Shown here: positions 51,638-60,249 of the stretch, piece after piece
Numbering within the stretch: the first letter of the stretch is position 1
Layout of the letters: every line of letters starts with the position of its first letter
DNA from: a virus
Strand: one strand, 5' to 3'
IMG/VR virus record: IMGVR_UViG_3300045988_080038
Coordinates: 1-64,000 of that record
Length of the DNA: 64,000 nt
Notes under the pieces: model-generated
Told to the model about the DNA's origin: nothing
Database searches by the model: none
Seen by the model: the letters and a program-made list of their open reading frames with translations, nothing else
Translations under genes and position numbers: made by a program

Positions 51638-53131
51638 TTACGAGTTTTGATTGATGGCTGAAGAATTTACCATTGAATCAATTTCAGCCGGATTCTGACT
51701 GTTTTTGCCAATCAATTGTTGTGCTTTTTGCATTTCTACGTCTGGGTCTGCCAGTTCGGGATATACAGTTCCCAGGTAAGGCAAACTCATTTCATATACC
51801 TTTTGTGGATCACTAAATAATCCGCAAGTAATCAGCGCAATCAGCGGATGAATTTTATTCTTGAACAGATAATCAAGGGCCTGTGCTTTGACAAGCATGT
51901 TATCTGTCGGGTTTCTGGTTATCTTTACATCAAAATCTCTTGTTGAGATTGAAATATCCTTTGTGGTCTGTCGGATGATATTCAGAATGATTCTGGCACT
52001 TGTTTTCTCAGCTTCCCGGATAAATGGTTCATCCAGTTTCGCTCTACGTTCTGCGAAATCCCATCCATTTCTGAGATATACAGCTTGACCAGTATCGCCA
52101 GACGATTGTTGCTGCCTATCCGGCATTCCCTCAACAATAAGCATGTTGCTGTAGATATCGTCTTTTGCAACTTGGCTTTCTGTTTGATTCAGTTCAGCGG
52201 TCATCAGGTCAACATCTGACTGGCAACCATTTCCAGTATCCTTTACAGAGATCGCACCAAGTTTAATCATTTTCAGAAATTCGCTTTCATCAATCTCACA
52301 GTTTTTAAACTTCATGAGAGCTTGCACGAACTGCTCTACGCCATCCATCCTGTTTGACTGCATGTTGTTCATAGTGTCAAACATGGTTATTGCAATCTCG
52401 ATATCGGAAAGGCGGTCGTGGTTATTCGGGTACTCAACTACCGGGATGCCACTAAAACCATTGATGCCGGTTTTTGTAATCTGTCCATTCTGAATCTCAA
52501 AATATTGTTTTGCCGAAAAGCATAAATAATACTGCTGTTCATTCTCATCTTTAAGAATCTGAACCGAGAGCATCGCTTTTCCGGTCTTTCGGGAATAAAC
52601 AATGTAACAATCCCCCGGATATGGTATAAAAATCCGGAACGGTGGTAACTCACTGTCCTTTGTCCAGTCATCTTCTTTCAAAATTGCTTTGTATGCGGTC
52701 CCTACAGCACTTTGATAAGTACCTAGTTCAATGTTTCTAGCTTCTGCATTTGCTTCGTCCAGATAATCGTTAAACAGATCTACCTGCTCATTTGCTTCTT
52801 CTGTAGCTTTTTTCTTCTTGCATACATACTGGATAGGTTCGCCATATGTCTGTGATGCTTTGAAGCGGACAACTTCCAGTGCATGGTTCTCGCATACACG
52901 GTTGTTAATTTCCGGTCGCACCACTTTTTCTCTATAAAGAATCGGCTGATCTCCTTTGTAGTACCGGTACAGATAGTCAATCAGTACCCTATTCCGGTTA
53001 TGAGTACCGATTGTATCAGAAATAACTTTTCTGACATTTGCTGTTGTGATCTGGCTTACACCGGTATAGGCAATTTTGCGACCAAACTCGCCCCGGCATA
53101 AGTCAATGAAATTCATTTTATTTCTGCCCAC
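51638..53131 (-). CDS. portal protein
   Basis: 497 aa, downstream of TerL. GTG start with RBS GGGAGGTG. Confidence 0.85.
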   Translation of the reverse strand: MGRNKMNFIDLCRGEFGRKIAYTGVSQITTANVRKVISDTIGTHNRNRVLIDYLYRYYKGDQPILYREKVVRPEINNRVCENHALEVVRFKASQTYGEPIQYVCKKKKATEEANEQVDLFNDYLDEANAEARNIELGTYQSAVGTAYKAILKEDDWTKDSELPPFRIFIPYPGDCYIVYSRKTGKAMLSVQILKDENEQQYYLCFSAKQYFEIQNGQITKTGINGFSGIPVVEYPNNHDRLSDIEIAITMFDTMNNMQSNRMDGVEQFVQALMKFKNCEIDESEFLKMIKLGAISVKDTGNGCQSDVDLMTAELNQTESQVAKDDIYSNMLIVEGMPDRQQQSSGDTGQAVYLRNGWDFAERRAKLDEPFIREAEKTSARIILNIIRQTTKDISISTRDFDVKITRNPTDNMLVKAQALDYLFKNKIHPLIALITCGLFSDPQKVYEMSLPYLGTVYPELADPDVEMQKAQQLIGKNSQNPAEIDSMVNSSAINQNS

Positions 53132-53244
53132 TGCCTACACCTCCCATTTTCGGGCATTAAAAAAGCACCGGATTATTCTCCGATGCTCGTTTTACAGGTT
53201 ACATTATATTATACATAGAACATATGATTCCATATTAAAACATA

Positions 53245-53664
53245 TTAACTTTCAAAATGCTTTTGTTTTCGTAGAGCTTCAATAGCTTTTCCATGGCAGG
53301 AACGGATATGCTGTACGGAATATCCCATCTCGTCTGCGACCGTGACCAAATTTTTAAATTCTATGTATCTCTTATGGAGTAAGGATGAGTACATGGAGTT
53401 TTCCATGTCATTAATATCTCCGGAAACTTTCATTTGCAATTCTGCCAGTTCCTTGACATCAGATGCTATTTCCTGCTGCAATTCAACAATTCTGGTTACA
53501 GCATCACCAACACGGTCTTTTCCACCGGAAGTCTGCACTTTATCTCCATTTGAAAAAGAAGATATACTGGTTGCCAAAAGCCTTAAGCGGTATTCTTCCT
53601 GTATTTTGTTCTGTATTTTTCTATCAGAATCTTGCACTTGCTCAAGATATTGTCGTGTGTTCAT
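53245..53664 (-). CDS. sigma-70 region-4-like HTH protein between terminase and portal
   Basis: C-terminus VTVADEMGYSVQHIRSCHGKAIEALRKQ. RBS GGAGGGAG before MNTRQ. Confidence 0.5.
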   Translation of the reverse strand: MNTRQYLEQVQDSDRKIQNKIQEEYRLRLLATSISSFSNGDKVQTSGGKDRVGDAVTRIVELQQEIASDVKELAELQMKVSGDINDMENSMYSSLLHKRYIEFKNLVTVADEMGYSVQHIRSCHGKAIEALRKQKHFES

Positions 53665-55358
53665 CTCATTCTCCCTCCCCATAATGGATTGCGCATAGCT
53701 GTCACTGTACCTACATTTCCTTTTTCTATAAACATCTGAAGCTGAGTAAGACCGTCCGGTGCATCATCATGCACATTCTTTCCGAGCTGGACAAAGAAAG
53801 TAAGTTCGTCCATAGCTGCTTGATACTCTTTGCTTCGATGTTCTTCATCCAGAAAAATAAAGTTTCTTTTTATATCATCTGAATATGCGATGATCTTAGA
53901 CATTTTCTCCATGTTCCCCGGTGCACGGCTGGATGTACAGCTACATTTATACTTCTGTTCTTTAAGTTTTTCATCCACGTACATCTTGTACATATCACCA
54001 CCGTTGTTTGCCTCGAAGTTAATCTGTCGTATCTCGTTTCCAATGATTTTTCCAACAACAAGTGGAAGGGTAACTTCTTTCGTTCCTTTGTTGAATACCC
54101 AGTCAAAAATATAGATATCTCCATTTTCGTATTCTCGCCCAATAGGCATTGAAAGACTATCCCCACCGCCCCATGCAACATCACAGGCAGTAACAACACG
54201 GCTGTCACCTTCCGGAAGTATTCCATTATAGTACCGAAGTCCATCTTCCGGAAAAAGGATTCCTTCACGGATAAATGGATTTTGCTGATATTTGGCTTGC
54301 CATTCATTAGCATCCAGCCTTGACTTCATATCCACATAGTATTTTGTAGAAAATCCTACTCCGTAGTCATAATCAAAGTTGGATTCACCGTTTTCATTTA
54401 ATGCTGGAATCTTCCTAAAGCGGTACCGTGGATTATTTTTCTTTTTAGTCTCCACTCTTCCAAGAGGATCCATGACATTCCATCGTGTTCCGACCATTAA
54501 TTCTCGTGCACCGTCATTTTTACGGTCAACCAGAACGTTCAGATAATCCTGATACCGGTTTTCCAGACGTGTTGGACTTAATGATTCAGTTCTGTCACGA
54601 ACAAGGTCATCCACATATAAGTAACCGTCTGAAGATATATCTACGGAACCTGTCCATGTTCCATCAATACCACGACAAGTCAGCGTCGAAAATCGGTCCG
54701 GTGCGCCAAGGTTGATTTCTTTCTTCTCTGCCGATTTCTTTTCAAGAGTTGCAGACGGAAAGATTTCGTTGAAAGTATATTCTGGTGTCGAAATAAGGTT
54801 CTGTATTTCTCCGTAAAATCCATCGGCAAGGATTCCGCTGTGACCGCTCATAGCGTTATGGCTGTTCGGGCGTTTACCCATTATCCAGGACAGGAAAAAT
54901 ATACAGGTGGTTGACTTTGCGGTTCGGGGCGGCATAGACACGCCAAGAAACTCAATCTTTCCGTCCTCTAAGTCCTGCAGATCCTGTACGAGAACATTTA
55001 ATGTCTTTTTTCTCGGCTCGTAGAATTTTCTGCGTGGCTGCCTGTTCTTTTCCATGTAGTACAGATAACTCTCGAATAACCATGGAGCTTCCAGCAGCAA
55101 ATACTGCCAGTAGATATCATCAAAATTACCGCTTCCGGTCAACGCAGCTTGCCTTGCAGCTACATTATGAGCATACTTGCTTACTTTTATTGCCATTTGT
55201 TGTGCTTCTAAATTCTCCGTAAACGGCAAATCAATGTTCATGTTTAACAGCAGATCAAGGCAGTCTTTCTGATTCTGGTAAACAGACATATCTCCGCTGA
55301 TGATTTGATTTAAGACTACCCGATACCATTCAAATGAGCCTTCTGTAAATTTTTGCAT
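53661..55358 (-). CDS. terminase large subunit
   Basis: 565 aa. ATPase P-loop-like MPPRTAKST and a C-terminal nuclease-like region. Immediately upstream of the portal module. Confidence 0.85.
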   Translation of the reverse strand: MQKFTEGSFEWYRVVLNQIISGDMSVYQNQKDCLDLLLNMNIDLPFTENLEAQQMAIKVSKYAHNVAARQAALTGSGNFDDIYWQYLLLEAPWLFESYLYYMEKNRQPRRKFYEPRKKTLNVLVQDLQDLEDGKIEFLGVSMPPRTAKSTTCIFFLSWIMGKRPNSHNAMSGHSGILADGFYGEIQNLISTPEYTFNEIFPSATLEKKSAEKKEINLGAPDRFSTLTCRGIDGTWTGSVDISSDGYLYVDDLVRDRTESLSPTRLENRYQDYLNVLVDRKNDGARELMVGTRWNVMDPLGRVETKKKNNPRYRFRKIPALNENGESNFDYDYGVGFSTKYYVDMKSRLDANEWQAKYQQNPFIREGILFPEDGLRYYNGILPEGDSRVVTACDVAWGGGDSLSMPIGREYENGDIYIFDWVFNKGTKEVTLPLVVGKIIGNEIRQINFEANNGGDMYKMYVDEKLKEQKYKCSCTSSRAPGNMEKMSKIIAYSDDIKRNFIFLDEEHRSKEYQAAMDELTFFVQLGKNVHDDAPDGLTQLQMFIEKGNVGTVTAMRNPLWGGRMR

Positions 55359-55405
55359 AAAAATAGAGCCAGACCTCCTTTCTTCTTAGGATTTAGTCTG
55401 GCTCT
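55359..55405 (-). promoter_or_regulatory. hairpin/attenuator abutting the TerL start codon
   Basis: Minus strand reads AGAGCCAGAC-21 nt loop ending AAAGGAG-GTCTGGCTCT-ATTTTT-ATG. Confidence 0.5.
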
Positions 55406-55425
55406 CATGTGGCTCTCTGACTGGT

Positions 55426-55704
55426 TTATTTATTTTTCTTTTTTAATTTCAAGTATTTTCTATATTTGCGGCTGTATTTCCGAAGAATCAAATCAAGCAT
55501 GATGCTATTTGTTTGTTCTGTGTTTTCTGACATAGTTGTGAGATACGGATAATCTTCTCTATCATCTACTAATGTCTTGAAAATTAAGTCTAAAGCAAAC
55601 TGAGCGCTGATAGGTGGGTCGCACAGTTCAAAGTCTTTATCCTTGTACCACTCATCAATCTTCTTTTGGAATCCATCAAACGATATTTCTTCATTCCATA
55701 TCAT
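55426..55704 (-). CDS. hypothetical protein
   Basis: 92-aa ORF. Confidence 0.55.
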   Translation of the reverse strand: MIWNEEISFDGFQKKIDEWYKDKDFELCDPPISAQFALDLIFKTLVDDREDYPYLTTMSENTEQTNSIMLDLILRKYSRKYRKYLKLKKKNK

Positions 55705-55708
55705 ACAT

Positions 55709-56020
55709 TCACCTCACGATGCTTCTAAGTGAATCCCACCACTCGTCTTTTTTATTTATATCTTCTACTCGTTCGAACATAAATTTCAACTTATAAATAT
55801 CTGATTCTGATGCAACAGATTCAGTATGCATGAGTTTGAATTTTCTTTTAAGATATCCAATTTCAAGAATGCATTCCTCCGGAAGATCAGTGTAATTCAT
55901 GACGCATTCTACCAAAACAATTCGTTTATCTTCTTCATGATGTATTTCAATGTCTGCCAGTGCATTAATGATTTCTTCATCAATAACCTTAACGGGATAA
56001 TTCACTACACTATATTTCAT
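55709..56020 (-). CDS. hypothetical protein
   Basis: 103-aa ORF. Confidence 0.55.
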   Translation of the reverse strand: MKYSVVNYPVKVIDEEIINALADIEIHHEEDKRIVLVECVMNYTDLPEECILEIGYLKRKFKLMHTESVASESDIYKLKFMFERVEDINKKDEWWDSLRSIVR

Positions 56021-56029
56021 ATATTCACC

Positions 56030-56203
56030 TCAGTCTGGAATTCCTAATTGTTTGTAAGTAAATACGGCTGTATACTTCTTCCCACACTTGCAGCAAGTTT
56101 CCGTAATGGTACAGGTCTTTTCTTTATCGTCGCACTCTGAAATAGCTGAATCCCGGAATCTACATCCGCCTGTCAGAATACATTTAATCCGTTTTATGTT
56201 CAT
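56030..56203 (-). CDS. 57-aa Cys-rich protein
   Basis: GGAGGAA RBS before MNIKRIKCILTGGCRF...CCKCGKKY. Confidence 0.45.
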   Translation of the reverse strand: MNIKRIKCILTGGCRFRDSAISECDDKEKTCTITETCCKCGKKYTAVFTYKQLGIPD

Positions 56204-56705
56204 CTGGTTCCTCCAAATAATTGATAATTTCATGTGCGATATGTGCCAATTCCATTCTGGTATGTCGCTCAAAAAATTCATCAAAGTCAATTTTGAATAC
56301 TGAATCAAATTTCTGTGATTCATTGATTCTTTTTATAGTTTTATCAAGTTTTGTTTCTGGATAAGGTGGGTTTATATAACAAGTCAAAGGATTATTTTCA
56401 TTATGTACCTCCGAATCGCATATAACCGGATACCATTCAACAGCAGTTCTTTCTCCTGCGTCTTTTTGAATTAGAATATTTGAAAGTCCTCCAATATAAC
56501 ATTTTATGACCATATCATCATTTTTTATTTTTACTGAATATTCCTTTTGGAATTCAAATGCAGTGTACTCAGTATAAAATTTTAAAACGGTCTTTGTAAT
56601 TGGCGGATAAGATGTAAGAAGAATTTCCTCGATATCAATCTGCGCATATGTTTCTATTCCAAGTTCGATGATCTCAATCGGAATCCTTTTAACCACAATT
56701 CTCAT
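56184..56705 (-). CDS. hypothetical protein
   Basis: 173-aa ORF. Confidence 0.55.
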   Translation of the reverse strand: MRIVVKRIPIEIIELGIETYAQIDIEEILLTSYPPITKTVLKFYTEYTAFEFQKEYSVKIKNDDMVIKCYIGGLSNILIQKDAGERTAVEWYPVICDSEVHNENNPLTCYINPPYPETKLDKTIKRINESQKFDSVFKIDFDEFFERHTRMELAHIAHEIINYLEEPDEHKTD

Positions 56706-56935
56706 ACATTTACCTCAAACTCTTTCTTGCAGTTGCTACCCTTGCATTTCAATTTAAGATGCCGAATTCTTGTCTCTGGGCTAATCAGAAGTGCTTTCTT
56801 CTGGCAAAGCGGGCAGCACGCCCATACGCTTCCTTTTATGTTTTTTATTAACGCCTGCCCGTCCCATGACTCTGGTGGATTCATGATCTGTGAGAAGTCT
56901 ATTCCTTCGAATTCGAACGCTGATTTAATGCTCAT
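56702..56935 (-). CDS. Cys-rich KTR-type zinc-ribbon protein
   Basis: WACCPLCQKKALLISPETRIRHLKLKCKGSNCKKEFEVNV. Confidence 0.55.
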   Translation of the reverse strand: MSIKSAFEFEGIDFSQIMNPPESWDGQALIKNIKGSVWACCPLCQKKALLISPETRIRHLKLKCKGSNCKKEFEVNV

Positions 56936-57203
56936 CTGATTTTCTCACTCCTTTTCGTCCTGCAATCTTGCGCTTTTTGGGGAATCCGTGCATTTTGCGG
57001 AAATTATTTTGTTTAATTCGATTTGTTAAAAGCAACGAGTAAAGTAATTCTTTTGACAAAACAAATTCCGTTCTAAACCCTAACTCTTTTCCGACAGATT
57101 GCAGCGAATAATTAATCAAATCTCCCGGAAACTCCGGTATTCCTGATGTATCTATCTCTTTTTCTCCTATAAAGATCCGCTTCAATTCATCTTTCTCGCC
57201 CAT
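56925..57203 (-). CDS. hypothetical protein
   Basis: 92-aa ORF. Confidence 0.5.
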   Translation of the reverse strand: MGEKDELKRIFIGEKEIDTSGIPEFPGDLINYSLQSVGKELGFRTEFVLSKELLYSLLLTNRIKQNNFRKMHGFPKKRKIAGRKGVRKSDEH

Positions 57204-57220
57204 ATCAGCTTATTTTCCTC

Positions 57221-57616
57221 CTAATTGCACGTCTTCCTAAGTTCAAAGGCGCTTCTTAAATCTGCTAGCATATCAACCAGCGTATTAACAGTTATCGTCA
57301 GTTCGTTAATCCGAACATTGCTCGCCTGGTACAATTTCCGATAATGTTCAAGTTCTTTCGGTGCATCGCAGAACGGAAGATCTATGGTTCCATCTTTCAC
57401 CCATGCAGCTGTTTCAATGACTTTATTAGCACGATCGAGATCTTCATGTGCCTTTCTGTTCTCTTCTACCGTTTTGGCAAAATCTCTCTCCAGCTCAATC
57501 CGGCGTTCTTGTAAATCCAAAATTTCATGCTGTCTTTTCTCACATTCTTCAGATAGTCGGGCAACTTCTTTCTTCAGCTGATCTACCGTCCAGTTCTTCA
57601 TATCTTCAATCCTCAT
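57221..57616 (-). CDS. hypothetical coiled-coil protein
   Basis: 131-aa ORF. Confidence 0.55.
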   Translation of the reverse strand: MRIEDMKNWTVDQLKKEVARLSEECEKRQHEILDLQERRIELERDFAKTVEENRKAHEDLDRANKVIETAAWVKDGTIDLPFCDAPKELEHYRKLYQASNVRINELTITVNTLVDMLADLRSAFELRKTCN

Positions 57617-57628
57617 GGTTTCCTCCCC

Positions 57629-57868
57629 TCAAATCTTGGTAAATGTTTCCATATCGTAATTGTTACGGATATGATCCACACATTCACTGAGTTTTTCTTT
57701 CAAGATTGGGTCTTTTGCAATGTCCGGATGTATCGTATACATTATGCAACTGCCTTCTCTTCCCTCTTTCTGGAATTTCCGCCAGTTAAAAGTCATTGTA
57801 AACAGTGGAATCCTTGTAAGATTCTTTGTCTTATGCCTTATGTATAGATTGAAAAGTTTCTTAATCAT
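57629..57868 (-). CDS. hypothetical protein
   Basis: AAAGGGAGAA RBS before MIKKLFNLY. Confidence 0.5.
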   Translation of the reverse strand: MIKKLFNLYIRHKTKNLTRIPLFTMTFNWRKFQKEGREGSCIMYTIHPDIAKDPILKEKLSECVDHIRNNYDMETFTKI

Positions 57869-57887
57869 GGCAATTCTCCCTTTTTCA

Positions 57888-58595
57888 TCATGCTGTTTTC
57901 TCAAACAGGCCAAGAATAAACTCCCGACCCATCTGCGTAATCCGTCTATGGTAGATTACTTTTCCAGAATCCAATACTTCCTGTTTGATTTCCTCATATC
58001 CGCAGTCGCTGTAATTGGAGTACATCAACCACGTACCGTTTACCTGATACTGGATCTTCTTTTCTGACAGAATCCGGTTTAGCTGCATTGCTGATTTCAG
58101 CCCCAATTCTTTGGCAATTTCAGTAATGGTATATGTTTTGTTGACGTGCATCAGGATAGCATTCTTTCTCTCGGCTTCTACTCTTGCAGCACGTTCCTCT
58201 TTCAGTTTAGTCAGAAGCTCGATGCCGAAGTCTGGATTGTTGAGGATATTATCAATAACATTGTCTGTAGCATATATGCCATGTTTGTGGATTGATGGTA
58301 ACACTTCCGATGTTACCCACTTTTTAAAATGTTTAGCAGACGGAAGCTTGCTCGAAAGAATAAGGCTGTAAAGACCAGATTCATTAACGATGTACATTTC
58401 ACGGCTTTGACCTGAGTCGGTGAAACGCCTTGTCAGCTTATCTTCATCATCCACATGTCTCTTTATTGCATCTGATGTATCTTTATATCCCAATATCTCT
58501 GCAACGTCTTTTCCAACGAAATATGGCACTTCCTCAACCATCACTACACGTACAGAACCTAATTCTGCATTTTTAAAAACTTCCGGTTTATTCAT
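57888..58595 (-). CDS. Bro-N + KilAC/ANT-type antirepressor
   Basis: FKNAELGSVRVVMVEEVPYFVGKDVAEILGY...NESGLYSLILSSKLPSAKHFKKWVTSEVLPSIHKHG, plus a C-terminal ANT-like domain. Confidence 0.8.
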   Translation of the reverse strand: MNKPEVFKNAELGSVRVVMVEEVPYFVGKDVAEILGYKDTSDAIKRHVDDEDKLTRRFTDSGQSREMYIVNESGLYSLILSSKLPSAKHFKKWVTSEVLPSIHKHGIYATDNVIDNILNNPDFGIELLTKLKEERAARVEAERKNAILMHVNKTYTITEIAKELGLKSAMQLNRILSEKKIQYQVNGTWLMYSNYSDCGYEEIKQEVLDSGKVIYHRRITQMGREFILGLFEKTA

Positions 58596-58753
58596 TTCTC
58601 TCTTTCCTCCCTGTGCTTCATCTGGCACTTGATCATCTTTGCTATATTCTCACGTTCCTGTTTTATCCCATGCCCTTGCCGAAACAATTCGCATTCAAGG
58701 ATATTTCCGCACTTGGAACATTCATCTTTGATTTCTTTGCCTGCTATTTGCAT
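58592..58753 (-). CDS. 53-aa zinc-ribbon-like protein
   Basis: MQIAGKEIKDECSKCGNILECELF.... TAATG and ATGA couplings on both sides. Confidence 0.4.
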   Translation of the reverse strand: MQIAGKEIKDECSKCGNILECELFRQGHGIKQERENIAKMIKCQMKHREEREK

Positions 58754-59058
58754 TATTCGTCCTCACAATAAATAAAAAGGTGTAGGGCAATTTGTTTAAG
58801 ATCATTCTTTCCGTATAATCGGATCCCATCTTTTGATTCTCTGCCAATCAGCCAATCTGCTAATTTAAAAGGTGGTTTAGGGGGTTCTCCCTCTTTTGGG
58901 GCTGCCGCTTCAGCATTTGACTGGATAGTAAGTCCGTACCACAAATGACGGTGCCAGTATTCCAATGCTTCTGGGCTGCATCTCTCTTCTAATTCCGAAA
59001 ATACCTTTTTGTAATCAGATAATTCTTTTTTCATTTTCTTTGCTTCTTGTTTTGTCAT
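58753..59058 (-). CDS. hypothetical protein
   Basis: GGGAGGG RBS before MTKQEAKKMKKEL.... The upstream part of the tracked ORF overlaps tRNA genes. Confidence 0.5.
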   Translation of the reverse strand: MTKQEAKKMKKELSDYKKVFSELEERCSPEALEYWHRHLWYGLTIQSNAEAAAPKEGEPPKPPFKLADWLIGRESKDGIRLYGKNDLKQIALHLFIYCEDE

Positions 59059-59191
59059 TTTCAATACCCTCCCAACATTCACAACTATCATCCAACAATC
59101 TGAAATCTGCCCGATACTCACTGTCATCATTACAGCATACGCCTTCTTCCAGTGCGTACCATTTGCATTTACAACAATAATCTTTTTCCAT
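59015..59191 (-). CDS. 58-aa Cys-rich protein
   Basis: MEKDYCCKCKWYALEEGVCCNDD.... Confidence 0.4.
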   Translation of the reverse strand: MEKDYCCKCKWYALEEGVCCNDDSEYRADFRLLDDSCECWEGIENDKTRSKENEKRII

Positions 59192-59215
59192 AATGTCACT
59201 CCCAAAATTAAAAAA

Positions 59216-59330
59216 GTCCGGCGGGTGGACTTGAACCACGCATCGTCGCCCAACGCGAACCACCGGAACCAATCAGAAGGTAAATTTGAGCATTTTGGAA
59301 ATGCTTTCCGGTAATGGCAATTTACCGGAA
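59216..59330 (-). ncRNA. structured tRNA-like RNA: two perfect hairpins plus an acceptor/D/T-arm mimic without an anticodon arm
   Basis: See findings. Ends with C followed by T6 on the minus strand. Confidence 0.4.
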
Positions 59331-59401
59331 TCGGAATGGCAGGAATCGAACCTGCGACACATGACTTGTAAGTCACTGCTCTACCGCTGAGCTACATTCC
59401 G
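59331..59401 (-). tRNA. tRNA-Val(UAC)-like with a 16-nt anticodon arm (possible pseudo or atypical tRNA)
   Basis: CGGAATG/CATTCCG acceptor, GCTC/GAGC D stem and GCAGG-TTCGATT-CCTGC T arm are all canonical. The anticodon arm GTGAC-TTACAA-GTCAT has only 6 loop nt. Confidence 0.6.
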
Positions 59402-59589
59402 TGCCGCTTACCACGGCTGATCACCTCGGTAAATGAATGAGATGATTTCCATTTTGCACAACATATAAATGATATGCTTTTCGTACTGCCCAGCAGTCCT
59501 CAGGATAAACATCAACCTTTTCCCATGGGTTTAATCCGCTTGAACCATAGGCCGCCCGTGCACTGACAGCATAGAACGAACGAATTAAT

Positions 59590-59661
59590 TTGCAGGAGAC
59601 GGATTCGAACCGCCGTTCTCAAGGATATGAGCCTTGTGAGATTCCACTTCTCCATCCTGCC
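59590..59661 (-). tRNA. tRNA with anticodon CAU (Met or Ile2)
   Basis: Anticodon arm CAAGG-CTCATAT-CCTTG, T arm GGCGG-TTCGAAT-CCGTC, D stem GAGA/TCTC. G1:A72 is unpaired. Confidence 0.75.
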
Positions 59662-59960
59662 TTAACCCGGATTGTACCGGGTTAGCAATAGGTTTATCGT
59701 GTTATGCTTTCCACTAGACTGTTTTCATCCGTGCCAGTCCCACGGAGTTGTTTCGGAGGATTATTCCTGAAATGCCTCTTGAAAACTCCCTGTCGTCAAC
59801 GTGCACTCATTGGCGACATATTCAACTCAGAGGCAGTACCGAACGGGAAGTTGCTTTTTCAATCCGGCTACGCCGTTACGTACCTTCTGGAAAACAACCC
59901 ACATACACACATTCGGCAGTTTTTTCTGCCCATTAAACGGATGGGCAGCTTTGGGAGAAA

Positions 59961-60034
59961 TGGAAGCTCTGGGGCTCGAACCCAGGACCGACCGGTTATG
60001 AGCCGGTTACTCTAACCAACTGAGCTAAGCTTCC
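59961..60034 (-). tRNA. tRNA with anticodon CAU (Ile2/lysidine-type or Met)
   Basis: Fully canonical cloverleaf: GGAAGCT acceptor, ACCGG-CTCATAA-CCGGT, CTGGG-TTCGAGC-CCCAG. Confidence 0.85.
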
Positions 60035-60249
60035 TGAGTAGCAAAAAGATACAGGGTCGCTGCGATATCTGTCTTTTTACTACTGTTGCAGTTCTTGACC
60101 GCCAGCTGCAACAAAGGTTGAAACCACCCGGAACATTTGACTGTTCCTTTAGTCATCGCCGTTGCGATAGGTGGTTAAAGGGTATTTCATGAAAAAAGGA
60201 AAAAGAAAATCCAATCTGCATCAAAGGGAAGATGAAGCCCGATGCAGAG

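Noticed and set aside
58753-59376. Tracked ORFs running across the tRNA array (58753-59376 upstream part, 59704-60015, 59748-59936, 59801-60001, 60153-60341, 60171-60356)
   Set aside because: They overlap canonical tRNA cloverleaves or structured spacers and lack RBSs. Only the 3' part, 58753-59058, has a credible start.
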